DNA from: Solirubrobacteraceae bacterium
GTDB lineage: Bacteria > Actinomycetota > Thermoleophilia > Solirubrobacterales > Solirubrobacteraceae
Direction of reading: 5' to 3'
NCBI GenBank assembly: GCA_035604915.1
Contig: DATNHQ010000023.1
Coordinates: 1-61,211, forward strand
DNA length: 61,211 nt
Within the stretch, counting starts at the first letter, position 1, and every line of letters begins with the position of its first letter. The notes below the pieces were generated by a model. That model searched no databases and was not told where the DNA came from. It saw only the letters and a list, made by a program, of their open reading frames with translations. The position numbers and the translations under genes were made by a program. Shown here in pieces: positions 41,436 to 51,302 of the stretch.

Positions 41436-42854
41436 ATGCTCCTCTCCGAGCTGACCCCGGGCGGGGCCGACGTCGAGATCGCCGCTCTCGCCTATGACAG
41501 CCGCGCGGTGAGCGCGGGAACGCTCTTCTTTTGCGTCCCCGGCCAGCGCATCGACGGCCACGATCTCGCCCCCGATGCGATCGCGGCCGGCGCCGCAGCG
41601 CTCGTCGTCGAGCGCCCGCTCTCACTCGGCGTGCCGGAGCTCGTGGTGCGGTCCGTGCGCGAGGCGATGGCGCCGCTGGCCGTGCGCTTCTACGGTGACC
41701 CGAGCGCGACGCTCCGCGTGGTGGGGGTGACCGGAACCAACGGCAAGACCACCAGCGCGTTCCTGCTCGCCGCGCTGCTCGAGGCCTCGGGCGCGCGCTG
41801 CGGACTGCTCGGCACGGTCAAGTCGGTGATCGGCGGGCACGAGCAGCCGGTGATCCACACCACGCCCGAGGCGATCGATCTGCAGGCGAGCTTCCGCGCG
41901 ATGCTCGACGCCGGCGACAGCGCCTGCGCGATGGAGGTCTCCTCACACGCGCTCGCGCTGCACCGGGTGGACGGCACCCACTTCGCCGCTGCGCTCTTCA
42001 CCAACCTGACCCAGGACCACCTCGACTTCCACGCCACGATGGAGGAGTACTTCGCCGCAAAGCGGCGGCTGTTTGCGAGCGGCCCGGCGCTCAGCGCGGT
42101 GAACGTCGATGACCCGTACGGGCGGCGCCTCGCTGAGGAGATCCCGCGCGCCGTGACCTACGGCCTCGCGCGGCCAGCCGACTACGGCGCCCGCGAGCTC
42201 GAGTTCGAGGTCGCAGGCGCGCGGTTCATCGCGACGACGCCCGACGGCGAGCTCGAGCTGCGAACCCGCCTGCCGGGCCGCTTCAACGTGCTCAACGTGC
42301 TGGGCGCGCTGGCAACCGCGCACGGCCTCGACATCCCGCTCGAGCTGATCGCGGCGACCTTGCCGGATGTCGCCCCCGCGCCCGGGCGCTTCCAGGCGCT
42401 CGACGAAGGCCAGCCCTTCACCGTCCTCGTCGACTACGCGCACACGCCCGACTCGCTCGAGAACGTGCTGCGCGCCGCGCGGACGCTGGGCGAGGGGCGC
42501 CTGCTGTCGGTGTTCGGCTGCGGCGGCGATCGCGACCGCGGCAAGCGGCCGCAGATGGGGCGAATCTCAGCAGAGCTCGCGGACCTGACGATCGTGACGT
42601 CCGACAACCCTCGCTCGGAGGAGCCCGCCGCGATCGTCGATGAGATCCTCGCCGGCATCGACGGCTCGAGCGCCGTCGAGGCGATCGTCGAGCGCGCCGC
42701 CGCGATCGAGCACGCACTCGCGCTTGCGTCGGCCGGCGACGTCGTCGTGATCGCAGGCAAGGGCCACGAGCAGGGACAGGAGTTCGCCGCGGGTCGCAAG
42801 GTCCCCTTCGACGACGCGCAGGTCGCCCGCGCCGCGCTGCGCGCCCGCCCATGA
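41436..42854 (+). CDS. murE: UDP-N-acetylmuramoyl-L-alanyl-D-glutamate--2,6-diaminopimelate ligase
   Basis: GVTGTNGKTT, DSRAVSAGTLFFCVPGQRIDGHD, DYAHTPDS and GCGGDRDRGKRP. The longest ORF starts at 41361. Confidence 0.85.
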   Translation: MLLSELTPGGADVEIAALAYDSRAVSAGTLFFCVPGQRIDGHDLAPDAIAAGAAALVVERPLSLGVPELVVRSVREAMAPLAVRFYGDPSATLRVVGVTGTNGKTTSAFLLAALLEASGARCGLLGTVKSVIGGHEQPVIHTTPEAIDLQASFRAMLDAGDSACAMEVSSHALALHRVDGTHFAAALFTNLTQDHLDFHATMEEYFAAKRRLFASGPALSAVNVDDPYGRRLAEEIPRAVTYGLARPADYGARELEFEVAGARFIATTPDGELELRTRLPGRFNVLNVLGALATAHGLDIPLELIAATLPDVAPAPGRFQALDEGQPFTVLVDYAHTPDSLENVLRAARTLGEGRLLSVFGCGGDRDRGKRPQMGRISAELADLTIVTSDNPRSEEPAAIVDEILAGIDGSSAVEAIVERAAAIEHALALASAGDVVVIAGKGHEQGQEFAAGRKVPFDDAQVARAALRARP

Positions 42855-44200
42855 AGTCCTGGAGCGCGGCGGCGCTCGCACAAGCAGCGCACGTGCGGCT
42901 GCTCGCAGACCCGCGCGCTGACGGCGGCCCCAAGCGGATCGTGATCGACTCGCGCGCCGCCGGCCCGGGCGATCTCTTCGTCGGGCTCACGGGCGCCAAC
43001 ACGGACGGCGGTCGCTTTGCCGCCGACGCTCTCGCGGCGGGGGCCTGGGGCGTGCTGGCGGCCAGCGCCCACCTCGAGCCCCTCGTCGAGGGGGCCGGCG
43101 GCGCGCTGCTCGCCGCCGAGGACCCGCTCGTCGCGCTCGGCCTGCTGGCGCGCGCCTGGCGGCGCGAGCTCGCCGCCAAGGTGGTGGCGATCACCGGCTC
43201 GACCGGCAAGACCTCGACCAAGGACATCCTCGCCGCGCTGCTGGCGCCGACGCTCTCGACCGTCGCCAGCGCCCAGAACCGCAACACCGAGATCGGCCTG
43301 CCGCTCGCGATCCTCGAAGCGCCCGCGGGCACACAGGCGCTCGTGCTCGAGCTGGCGATGCGCGCGCCCGGACAGATCGCAGAGCTGACCGCCATCTGCG
43401 AGCCCGACGTCGGCGTGATCGTCAACGTTGGACCGGCTCACCTCGAGCGGCTCGGCTCGGTCGAGGCGATCGCCGCCGCGAAGGCGGAGCTCATCGCCGG
43501 CCTGCGCGCCGGCGCCTGCGCGGTGCTGCCGGCCAGCGAGCGGCTGCTCGAGCCGCACCTGCGCGAGGACATCGAGGTGATCCGCTTTGGTGACGGCGGC
43601 GACGTGTCGGTGCTCGAGGCCCGGGGTGACGGCGTTGCGATCGCGCTGCGTGGCCGGCGGGTGGTGCTCGAGCCGGGCTTTCGCTCGGTGCACCTGCTCG
43701 AAGACCTATGCGCGGCGCTCGCGGCGAGCTCGGCGCTCGGCGTCGAGGTTTCGGACCGCCAGCCGCTGGAGGTGGCCTTCTCAGCACTGCGCGGCGAGCG
43801 CCTCGCGCTGCCCGGCGGGGTGCTCGTCATCAACGACTGCTACAACGCCAACCCGATGTCGATGCGCGCAGCGCTGCAGGAGCTCGCCACGACCGCCACC
43901 GCGCGACGCGTCGCCGTCCTCGGCGACATGCTCGAGCTCGGTCGCGCCGACGAGGAGCGCTACCACCGCGAGCTCGGCGAGCAGGCGAGCGTCGCGGGGG
44001 TCGAACTGCTGGTCACCGTCGGGCCGCGCGCCGCGTGGGCCGGCGATACCTTCGCCGGCGGCGAGCACGTTCACGCAGCCGACGCCGACGGCGCCGTGGA
44101 GCTTCTCGCGAAGCGGCTGCGCCCGGGCGACACTGTCCTCGTGAAGGGCTCGCGCGGCGTCGCGCTCGAGCGTGTCGCCGAGCGCCTCGCCCCCGGCTGA
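42851..44200 (+). CDS. murF: UDP-N-acetylmuramoyl-tripeptide--D-alanyl-D-alanine ligase
   Basis: ITGSTGKTSTKD, NDCYNANPMSM and the position after murE (ATGA overlap). Confidence 0.9.
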   Translation: MKSWSAAALAQAAHVRLLADPRADGGPKRIVIDSRAAGPGDLFVGLTGANTDGGRFAADALAAGAWGVLAASAHLEPLVEGAGGALLAAEDPLVALGLLARAWRRELAAKVVAITGSTGKTSTKDILAALLAPTLSTVASAQNRNTEIGLPLAILEAPAGTQALVLELAMRAPGQIAELTAICEPDVGVIVNVGPAHLERLGSVEAIAAAKAELIAGLRAGACAVLPASERLLEPHLREDIEVIRFGDGGDVSVLEARGDGVAIALRGRRVVLEPGFRSVHLLEDLCAALAASSALGVEVSDRQPLEVAFSALRGERLALPGGVLVINDCYNANPMSMRAALQELATTATARRVAVLGDMLELGRADEERYHRELGEQASVAGVELLVTVGPRAAWAGDTFAGGEHVHAADADGAVELLAKRLRPGDTVLVKGSRGVALERVAERLAPG

Positions 44201-45264
44201 TGGCACGCGTCCTGATCGGCGGCACCGCCGCCCTGCTGATCTGCATCTTCCTCTCGCCGAAGTTCATCGAGTTCCTGCGCCAGCGCGAGTTCGGTCAGCA
44301 CGTGCGCGATGACGGTCCCCAGGGGCACCTGGCGAAGGCGGGGACGCCGACGATGGGCGGCATCATCATGATGATCGCGATCGTCGTGCCGTTCGCGATC
44401 CTCTCCAACTGGGACGACACGCGCACGGTCGGCGTCTTCGGCGCGATGCTCGCCTGCGCCCTGCTGGGCTTCGTCGACGATTACATGAAGATCGTCAAGC
44501 GCCGCTCGCTCGGTCTGCGCGCGCGCACCAAATTGATCCTGCTGGCCGCCATCTCGGTCGGGCTGTGGCTGCTCCAGCGTCACGCGCTCGGCAGCTCCGA
44601 GCTGCACCTGCGGATCATCGACGGCACCGTCGACCTCGGCGTCTTCTACCTCGTCCTGATCTACCTCGTGGTGGCCGGCACGACCAGCGGCGTCAACCTG
44701 ACCGACGGGCTCGACGGTCTCGCGGCGGGCTGCGCCGCGATCGTGCTGATGGCCTATGTCGGCATCACCTTCCTGAGCGGCTTCCCGGGGGGCAGCCAGG
44801 ACCTCGAGCTGGCGCTGCTGGCGGCCTGCATGGTCGGCGCGTGCGTCGGCTTCCTCTGGTTCAACGCATTCCCGGCGACGATCTTCATGGGCGACACCGG
44901 CTCGCTCGGTCTCGGCGGGGCGATCGCCGGCCTCGCCGTGATGACGCAGACCGAGACGCTGCTGCTGTTGATCGGCGGGATCTTCGTGATCGAGGCGCTG
45001 TCGGTGCTGATCCAGATCGTCGCCTTCCAGTTCTTCCGCAAACGGGTCTTCCTGATGGCGCCGATCCATCACCACTTCGAGTTGAAGGCCTGGTCTGAGA
45101 CGAAGATCATCCTGCGCTTCTGGATCATCACCGCGATCGGCGCGGCGATTGGCTTCACGATCTACGCGCACACGGTGAGAGGCTCAACTCCGGCCTCGCA
45201 ACACTCGTCGTCGGCGACGGCAGCCCACTCGGTCGCGCTGAGGCGATCGTCGGGTTTGCCGTGA
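44200..45264 (+). CDS. mraY: Phospho-N-acetylmuramoyl-pentapeptide transferase
   Basis: GTPTMGGI, NLTDGLDGLA, FMGDTGSL and APIHHHFE. There is an unusual ~30 aa hydrophilic C-terminal extension. Confidence 0.9.
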   Translation: MARVLIGGTAALLICIFLSPKFIEFLRQREFGQHVRDDGPQGHLAKAGTPTMGGIIMMIAIVVPFAILSNWDDTRTVGVFGAMLACALLGFVDDYMKIVKRRSLGLRARTKLILLAAISVGLWLLQRHALGSSELHLRIIDGTVDLGVFYLVLIYLVVAGTTSGVNLTDGLDGLAAGCAAIVLMAYVGITFLSGFPGGSQDLELALLAACMVGACVGFLWFNAFPATIFMGDTGSLGLGGAIAGLAVMTQTETLLLLIGGIFVIEALSVLIQIVAFQFFRKRVFLMAPIHHHFELKAWSETKIILRFWIITAIGAAIGFTIYAHTVRGSTPASQHSSSATAAHSVALRRSSGLP

Positions 45265-45346
45265 TCACGCCGCCCGCCCCGCGCTTGGGGATCGCCGCGA
45301 CGATCGGCGCCGCGATCGCCTTCACGACCGGCGCGCAGATGGTGAG

Positions 45347-46693
45347 ATGACGCGACCGCCTCTGCCGGCGGGTCCCTACCTCGTCATCGGGCTCGCTCGC
45401 TCGGGCGTCGCCGCCGCGCTGGCGTTGCGCTCGCGCGGACTGGAGGTGCTCGGCAGCGACCGCGCGGGCCTCGCGCCCCCCGCGCTCGCGGACGCCGGCG
45501 TCGAGATCGTCGAGCACTCAAGCGCCGCGCTCGAGCGGGCCGGCTGCGTCGTCAAGAGCCCCGGCGTGCGCGCGTCGGAGCCGCTGATCGCGGCCGCGCG
45601 CGCGCGGGGCCTACCGGTGATCGGCGAGCTCGAGCTTGCCTGGCGGATGTTGCCGAACGAGTTCGTCGCGGTCACGGGCACCAACGGCAAGACGACGACG
45701 GTCGAGCTGCTCGGCGCCATCTACCGGGCCAGCGGCCGCGAAGTCGCCGTCGCCGGCAACGTCGGCCGCGCGCTCAGCCTGCTCGCGGTGCCGCCGCCGC
45801 ATGGCGAGGCGCCGCTTGACCCGCGCACAACGATCGTCTGCGAGGCCTCCTCGTTCCAGCTTGAGGACACCGAAGCCTTCGCACCGCACGCCGCCGTACT
45901 CCTCAACATCGCCCCCGACCACCTCGACCGCCACGGAGACATGGCGGCCTACATCGCGGCCAAGCTGCGGGCGTTCGCCAACCAGGGCGCCGAGGACATC
46001 GCGGTCCTGCCGGCCGGCGAGCTGGCGGCGCTCGAGCTCGGCGGCGCGCCACGACGGGTCACCTTCGGCAACGTCGCGGAGGCCGATATGCGCGGCGACG
46101 AGCGCTGGCTGTGGTGGCATGGTGAGCGCTTCATCGCGCGCTCCGAGATCCGCCTGCGCGGACCGCACAACGCCGAGAACGCGATGGCGGCCGCAGCGGC
46201 CGCGCTCGAATGCGGCCTGCCGGGGGACGGCGTCCGCGCGGGGCTTGCGAGCTTCGCCGGCGTTGCCCACCGCCTCGAAGAGGTCGCGACACGCGACGGC
46301 GTGTCGTTCGTCAACGACTCGAAGGGAACCAACGTCGCCAGCACGCGGGTCGCGCTGCGTTCATTCGCGCCTCGGAGCGTGCGGCTGATCCTCGGCGGGA
46401 GGAGCAAGGGCGAGGACTTCGCCGAGCTCGCCGACGACGTCGCCGTAGCGGCGCGAGCCGTATACCTGATCGGCGAGGCCGCCGAGGAGATCGCCGCCGC
46501 GCTGGCGACGGCGTCCGCGCTGGCCGGTTTCGAGCTGGCCGACTGCGGCACGCTCGAGCGGGCGCTCGCGGCCGCGCGGGCGCAGGCCGTCGCCGGCGAG
46601 GTCGTGCTGCTCAGTCCGGCCTGCACGAGCTTCGACCAGTTCACCGACTACGAGCAGCGCGGGGAGGAGTTCCGCCGCCTCGTTCTCGCCTGA
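45347..46693 (+). CDS. murD: UDP-N-acetylmuramoylalanine--D-glutamate ligase
   Basis: GLARSGVAAA, VTGTNGKTTT, NDSKGTN and SPACTSFDQF. Confidence 0.9.
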   Translation: MTRPPLPAGPYLVIGLARSGVAAALALRSRGLEVLGSDRAGLAPPALADAGVEIVEHSSAALERAGCVVKSPGVRASEPLIAAARARGLPVIGELELAWRMLPNEFVAVTGTNGKTTTVELLGAIYRASGREVAVAGNVGRALSLLAVPPPHGEAPLDPRTTIVCEASSFQLEDTEAFAPHAAVLLNIAPDHLDRHGDMAAYIAAKLRAFANQGAEDIAVLPAGELAALELGGAPRRVTFGNVAEADMRGDERWLWWHGERFIARSEIRLRGPHNAENAMAAAAAALECGLPGDGVRAGLASFAGVAHRLEEVATRDGVSFVNDSKGTNVASTRVALRSFAPRSVRLILGGRSKGEDFAELADDVAVAARAVYLIGEAAEEIAAALATASALAGFELADCGTLERALAAARAQAVAGEVVLLSPACTSFDQFTDYEQRGEEFRRLVLA

Positions 46694-46768
46694 GCGCGCG
46701 CCGTTGCGGCCGCGTGCGCGACCGCGTCCGCGGGAAGGTTTTTGGCCGCTTTCATCGAAGGCTCCTTG

Positions 46769-48085
46769 ATGGCTTCGGTTGCCGCCACGCCGGGGCGCGC
46801 CGAGCGCACCCCCGAGATCACCGCCACAACGCGGGCGCCACGGCTCCCGATCGAGCACAGCGCGCTGCTGACGGCCACGCTGTGCCTGCTCGCGGGAGGC
46901 GCGGTGATGGTCTACAGCGCCTCGGCGCCGGCAGCACTGAGCGGCGGCAGTACCGGCGGCGCAAGCGCGCTGATCCGCTTCGTCGCCTACGGCACGGTCG
47001 GGCTGGTGCTGTTGCGCTTCGCAGCGCGCGCCGAGCTCGAGCGCGTTCGCCGCCTGACCGGCCCGCTGCTCGCCCTGTCGTTCGTGCTGGTGGCCGCCGT
47101 CAGAATTCCCGGCCTCGGCCATGGCACCCTCGGCTCCCAGCGCTGGCTGGGCGCGGGGCCGGTCCAGTTCGAGCCCTCGGAGCTGATGAAGCTGGCGCTC
47201 GTGCTCTACGCGGCGCACGTCCTCTCGCGCGGTCGCCCCGGCGGGCGCGCGCTGAGAACAGCGTTCAAGCGCCTGACGCTCGTCGGTGGCGCCGCCATCC
47301 TGCTGGTCGGCTCACAGCCGGACATCGGCACCGCCGCGGTGATCGCGTTCGCGCTGTTCGCGATCCTCCTGGCGGCCGGCGTGTCGCTCCGGATGCTCTC
47401 GCTCGGCGCCATCATCGCGATCGCGGCAGTGATCGCCTTCGCCGTCGCGGTGCCCTACGCCGGGGCGCGCCTGACATCGTTCATCGACCCGCAGGCACAC
47501 GCCACGACGACCGGCTATCAGGCCTACCAGAGCCAGATCGCGATCGGCTCTGGTGGCTTCTTCGGACGCGGGCCGGGCGCGTCGCTGCAGAAGGACTTCT
47601 ACCTGCCGGAGGCCCCGACCGACTTCATCCTGGCGGTGATCGGCGAGGAGCTCGGCTTCGTCGGGATCGCGGTGCTGCTCGCGCTCTACGGGCTGATCGC
47701 CTACGCCGGCCTGCGCACCGCGTATCGAGCCAAGGGCGCCTACGCGATGCTGATCGCCGTCGGCGTCACCTCGCTCTGCGTCCTGCAGGCCTCGCTCAAC
47801 GTGTTCGCGGTGCTCGGCATCGCGCCGGTCACCGGTGTGCCGCTGCCGTTCGTCTCCTACGGTGCCAGCAACCTGCTCGTGATGCTCGCCGCGATGGGGC
47901 TGCTGCTCAACGTGGCCGGCGGCGGCGCCGGCCACCTGCGCGCTGTGCGCGGCACCAAGCGGCGAAAAGCGACACGATCCGTGGATGAGCGCATGCCCTC
48001 GGATCGCGATCGCAGCAGGCGGGACCGCTGGCCACGTCGTGCCGGCGCTCGCCGTCGCGGACGCGCTGAGGGAGCGGGGGGCTGA
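46769..48085 (+). CDS. ftsW: SEDS-family peptidoglycan glycosyltransferase FtsW
   Basis: QRWLGAGPVQFEPSELMKL, PDIGTA, LPEAPTDFI and PLPFVSYGASN. The Arg-rich tail runs into murG. Confidence 0.85.
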   Translation: MASVAATPGRAERTPEITATTRAPRLPIEHSALLTATLCLLAGGAVMVYSASAPAALSGGSTGGASALIRFVAYGTVGLVLLRFAARAELERVRRLTGPLLALSFVLVAAVRIPGLGHGTLGSQRWLGAGPVQFEPSELMKLALVLYAAHVLSRGRPGGRALRTAFKRLTLVGGAAILLVGSQPDIGTAAVIAFALFAILLAAGVSLRMLSLGAIIAIAAVIAFAVAVPYAGARLTSFIDPQAHATTTGYQAYQSQIAIGSGGFFGRGPGASLQKDFYLPEAPTDFILAVIGEELGFVGIAVLLALYGLIAYAGLRTAYRAKGAYAMLIAVGVTSLCVLQASLNVFAVLGIAPVTGVPLPFVSYGASNLLVMLAAMGLLLNVAGGGAGHLRAVRGTKRRKATRSVDERMPSDRDRSRRDRWPRRAGARRRGRAEGAGG

Positions 48086-49046
48086 GGTCCTCTTCATCGG
48101 CGGGCACCGCGCTGAGAGCTCGCTCGTACCGGCCGCCGGCTACAGCTTTGAGCAGATCTCGGTCTCGGGACTCGACCGCCGCAACCCGCTGCGGGCGCTG
48201 CGCGCGCTGGCCCAGGCGGCGCTGGCGCTGCGACGCGCACGGGCGCTGCTTGCGGCGGCCCGCATCGACGTCGTGATCGGTGCCGGCGGCTACGTCGCGG
48301 CTCCGGTGGCTCTCGCCGCCTGGACGCGGCGCATCCCGATCGTCCTGACCGAGGCCGACAGCCATCTCGGCCTCGCCAACCGCGCGCTGGCGCCGCTCGC
48401 GCGGCGCGTCTGCCTCGCCTTTCCTATCGCCGGCCGCCGCGGCAAGCGCTACCGCGTGACGGGGCGCCCCGTGGCGCCGCCGACGGCCGACCGCGACGCT
48501 GCGCGCGCGAGCTTCGCGATCGAGGCCGGCGAGCAGCTGGTGCTCGTCTTCGGGGGCTCGCTCGGCTCGCGCACGATCAACCACGCCGCACTCGAGGGCC
48601 TCGTCGGCGCGAGCTTCCGCGTGCTGCACGTCTGCGGGGCGCGGGACTGGCCGGAGCTGCGCGAGCGCCCGCGCGGCCCGCGCTACGACCTGCGCGAGTA
48701 CCTGGAGCGGAGCCAGTTCGCGCAGGCGCTGGCGGCCAGTGACCTGGTCGTCGCACGCGCCGGCGGCTCGATCTTCGAGATCGCCGCCTACGGGCGCCCG
48801 TCGATCCTGGTGCCGTTCCCGGCCGCCAGCGCCGACCACCAGACCGCCAACGCCGCCTGGATGGAGCACGCCGGCGCCGCGGTGGTGCTCGCCGATTCGG
48901 AGTGCGACGGGCCGCGGCTCGCCGCCGAGGTCGGGCGGCTGATCGGCGACAGCGCGAAGCTGCAGGCGATGGGCAGCGCGGCTCGGGCGCTGGCGCGGCC
49001 GCAGGCCGCGGCGGAGGTCGCCACGATCGTGCTGGCGGCGGCCTAG
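47985..49046 (+). CDS. murG: UDP-N-acetylglucosamine--N-acetylmuramyl-(pentapeptide) pyrophosphoryl-undecaprenol GlcNAc transferase
   Basis: IAIAAGGTAGHVVPALAVA, the GGSLG motif (VFGGSLGS) and ARAGGSIFEIAAYGRPSILVPFP. Confidence 0.9.
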   Translation: MSACPRIAIAAGGTAGHVVPALAVADALRERGAEVLFIGGHRAESSLVPAAGYSFEQISVSGLDRRNPLRALRALAQAALALRRARALLAAARIDVVIGAGGYVAAPVALAAWTRRIPIVLTEADSHLGLANRALAPLARRVCLAFPIAGRRGKRYRVTGRPVAPPTADRDAARASFAIEAGEQLVLVFGGSLGSRTINHAALEGLVGASFRVLHVCGARDWPELRERPRGPRYDLREYLERSQFAQALAASDLVVARAGGSIFEIAAYGRPSILVPFPAASADHQTANAAWMEHAGAAVVLADSECDGPRLAAEVGRLIGDSAKLQAMGSAARALARPQAAAEVATIVLAAA

Positions 49047-49048
49047 CG

Positions 49049-50398
49049 GTGGGCGGGCACGGTCCCTGGGCCGGACGCCGCCTTCACTTCGTCGGCGCCG
49101 GCGGCGCCGGCCTCAGCGCCTACGCGCGCGCGGCTCACGCGCTCGGCGCGAGCGTCACCGGATCCGACCAGGCCGGCTCGGCGTTCTCGCGGGCGCTCGC
49201 CGCCGACGGCGTGCTCGAGGTCGCGATCGGCCACAGCGCGGAGAACCTGCCGCCGGGGGACGGCATCGAGGTCGTCTGCTCCGCGGCGATCCCCGCCGAC
49301 AACGCCGAGCGCGTCGCCGCCGTCGAACGCGGCCTGGCGCTGCTGCCGCGCGCCGCGCTGCTCGGCGAGCTGAGCGCGCTGCGGCGGACGATCGCCGTCG
49401 CCGGCGCGCACGGCAAGACCACGACGTCGAGCATGATCGCGAGCGTGCTGCGCGCCGGCGGCCTCGACCCCGGCTATCTGATCGGCGGCATCCTGCGCGA
49501 AACCGGGCGAAACGGCGACTGGGGCAGCGGCGAATGGCTGATCGTCGAGGCGGACGAGTCGGATCGCTCGCTGCTGTCGCTCGAGGTCGAGATCGCGGTG
49601 CTGACCAACGTCGAGCTCGACCACCACGACGCCTTCGGCTCGCTCGCCGAGCTCGAAGCGGTCTACCGCGAGTTCCTGGCCGGTCCGCGCGCGGCGGTGA
49701 TCTGGGATCGACCCGAGCTGCTCGCCCTGCGCGAGGGGCCGCTGGTGGCCTACGACGTCGCCGCAGCCACGCTCGAAGGTGGACACGCGAGCTTCGCCTG
49801 GGACGGCGTTGCGGTGAGGCTCGCTTTGCCCGGGATCCACAACGCGCGCAATGCCGCGGCCGCCCTCAGCGTCGCCCGGCTCCTCGGCGTCTCGGCCGCC
49901 GACGCCGCGAGCGCCCTGGCTGGCTTCCGCGGCGCGGCGCGGCGCTTCGAACGGCTCGGCGCCACCGCCACCGGCGCCGAGGTCTACGACGACTACGCCC
50001 ACCACCCGACGGAGATCGCCGCGACGCTCGCGGGCGCGCGCACACTCGCGCAAGGGCGCCTGATCGCCGTCTTCCAACCGCACCTGTATTCGCGCACGCG
50101 TGCTCTCGCGCGGGAGTTCGGCACCGCGCTCGCCACGGCCGACGCGGCCGTCGTGCTCGATGTCTACCCGGCTCGCGAGCGCGCTTGCGACTTTCCCGGC
50201 GTCAGCGGGCTGCTCGTCGCCGAGGCCACCGCCGATGCCTCGGCCGGCCGGGCGATCTACTGGATGCCGGACCGGGCTGCGGCCGAGCAGCTGTTGCGCC
50301 AGCAAGCTGCCGCAGGCGATCTCCTCGTCGTGATGGGCGCCGGCGACGTCGACGAGCTCGGCAGGCGCCTGGTCGCCGGGGGAGAGCGGCAGCGGTGA
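49049..50398 (+). CDS. murC: UDP-N-acetylmuramate--L-alanine ligase
   Basis: GTG 49049. HFVGAGGAGLSAYA, VAGAHGKTTTSSM, DDYAHHPTEI and FQPHLYSRT. Confidence 0.9.
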   Translation: MGGHGPWAGRRLHFVGAGGAGLSAYARAAHALGASVTGSDQAGSAFSRALAADGVLEVAIGHSAENLPPGDGIEVVCSAAIPADNAERVAAVERGLALLPRAALLGELSALRRTIAVAGAHGKTTTSSMIASVLRAGGLDPGYLIGGILRETGRNGDWGSGEWLIVEADESDRSLLSLEVEIAVLTNVELDHHDAFGSLAELEAVYREFLAGPRAAVIWDRPELLALREGPLVAYDVAAATLEGGHASFAWDGVAVRLALPGIHNARNAAAALSVARLLGVSAADAASALAGFRGAARRFERLGATATGAEVYDDYAHHPTEIAATLAGARTLAQGRLIAVFQPHLYSRTRALAREFGTALATADAAVVLDVYPARERACDFPGVSGLLVAEATADASAGRAIYWMPDRAAAEQLLRQQAAAGDLLVVMGAGDVDELGRRLVAGGERQR

Positions 50399-51270
50399 TC
50401 GATCCCCAGCCAGACGTCCCGCTCGCGCGGCTGACGACCGTCCGCACCGGCGGCGCCGCCGACCACTTCGTCGCGGCAGGCTCGCGGCGCGAGCTCGGGG
50501 AGGCACTCGCGTGGGCCTCGGAGCGCGGCCTCGAGGTCAATGTCGTCGGGTCGGGCTCGAACCTGCTCGTGGCGGATGCCGGCGTCCGCGGCCTCGTGAT
50601 CAAGCTCGAGCGCGAGCTGGCGCGGATCGAACCCGACGGCCAGGGTATGCGCTGCGGCGGCGGCGCAAGGCTGCCGGCGGTCGCCGCGCGTGCGGCCGCG
50701 CTCGGGCTGGGAGGCATCGAGTTCGCGGTCAACATCCCGGGCACCGTCGGCGGCGCCGTGCGGATGAACGCCAACGCCTACGACGGGGCGCTCGCCGGCG
50801 TGCTCGACTGGGTCGAGCTCGTCACCGCCGAGGGCGTCTCAAAGCGCGGCCCCGACGAGCTCGGCTTCGCCTATCGCAGCTCGGCGCTGGGCCCGGCGGA
50901 GATCGTCGCGCGGGTGCGCTTCGCGCTCGCGCCTGCGAGCCCCGAATCGATTCGCGCGACGCTCCAGTCGATGCGCGAGCGCCGCCATGCCGCCCAGCCG
51001 AAGGGCATCCGCACGTTCGGCTCGACCTTCAAGAACCCGCCGGGTCGTACCGCCGGGGAGCTGCTCGCGGCCGCGGGCGTCGCCGACCTCGCCGTCGGGG
51101 GTGCGCGCTTCTCGCGCAAGCACGCCAATTTCGTCGAGAACGCCGGCGCCGCCAGTACCGCCGATATCGTCGAGCTGATCGCTGCCGGGCGCCGTCGCGT
51201 CAAGGAGCGCTTCGGAATCGAGCTGGAGCCCGAGGTGCAGTTGCTCGGAGACGTTCGTTTTCCCTGGTAG
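50395..51270 (+). CDS. murB: UDP-N-acetylenolpyruvoylglucosamine reductase
   Basis: GTGA overlap. LTTVRTGGAADHF, GSGSNLLV and GSTFKNP. Confidence 0.9.
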   Translation: MIDPQPDVPLARLTTVRTGGAADHFVAAGSRRELGEALAWASERGLEVNVVGSGSNLLVADAGVRGLVIKLERELARIEPDGQGMRCGGGARLPAVAARAAALGLGGIEFAVNIPGTVGGAVRMNANAYDGALAGVLDWVELVTAEGVSKRGPDELGFAYRSSALGPAEIVARVRFALAPASPESIRATLQSMRERRHAAQPKGIRTFGSTFKNPPGRTAGELLAAAGVADLAVGGARFSRKHANFVENAGAASTADIVELIAAGRRRVKERFGIELEPEVQLLGDVRFPW

Positions 51271-51302
51271 GGGAACGCGCGCCGACGGCGAAGCAGTCCC
51301 CG

